Source: Massalongia carnosa
Taxonomy: Eukaryota
Length of the DNA: 64,000 nucleotides
Assembly: GCA_965645245.1 (NCBI GenBank)
Contig: OZ287078.1
Span: 1,178,001 to 1,242,000 of the forward strand
Direction of reading: 5' to 3'
Shown here piece by piece: positions 63,872-64,000 of the stretch. The translations under genes were made by a program, and so were the position numbers. Every line of letters starts with the position of its first letter. Within the stretch, counting starts at the first letter, position 1. The notes under the pieces are model-generated. The model ran no database searches and was not told the origin of the DNA. It worked only from the letters and a program-made list of their open reading frames with translations.

Positions 63872-64000
63872 GTAAGTCGATTAATTGGTTCTTCGAAGGG
63901 TGTGGTTCTGTAAAGGGAGAATGTGAAAAATACATTGTAAATGGTTTGGGAGAATGTCCTCTACAGAAAGAGGAGGAACTTCCTCTTCGCCAACTCCTTT

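Overview
Intron-rich filamentous ascomycete (Pezizomycotina) genomic DNA with one 200-N gap (24801-25000). It is mostly conserved housekeeping genes: a Rup1/UIM-like protein (partial), YCF1, a DUF2841 protein, SAC3, NTA1, a GH5 exo-glucanase, CBF1, SEC8, SEC61, PDX1/SNZ, a FUN14 protein, an importin-beta/KAP122-like protein, aminopeptidase P, ORC2 and NDUFA12 (partial). A HET-domain gene and an orphan secreted His-rich/KE-rich protein are also present. The main accessory feature is a nested DNA-transposon locus (4294-8270). A decayed Tc1/IS630-like element with DD38E spacing, flanked by CTTAG instead of TA, has a Mutator (MULE) element inserted in the poly-T of its right TIR with a 9-bp TSD. 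The first intron of the MULE transposase is a diverged copy of the exon just upstream, which looks like intron gain by tandem duplication. Recurrent C-rich to G-rich strand-skew islands rich in microsatellites run through genes and intergenic DNA. All gene calls are from motif recognition by eye, and splice sites were inferred manually.
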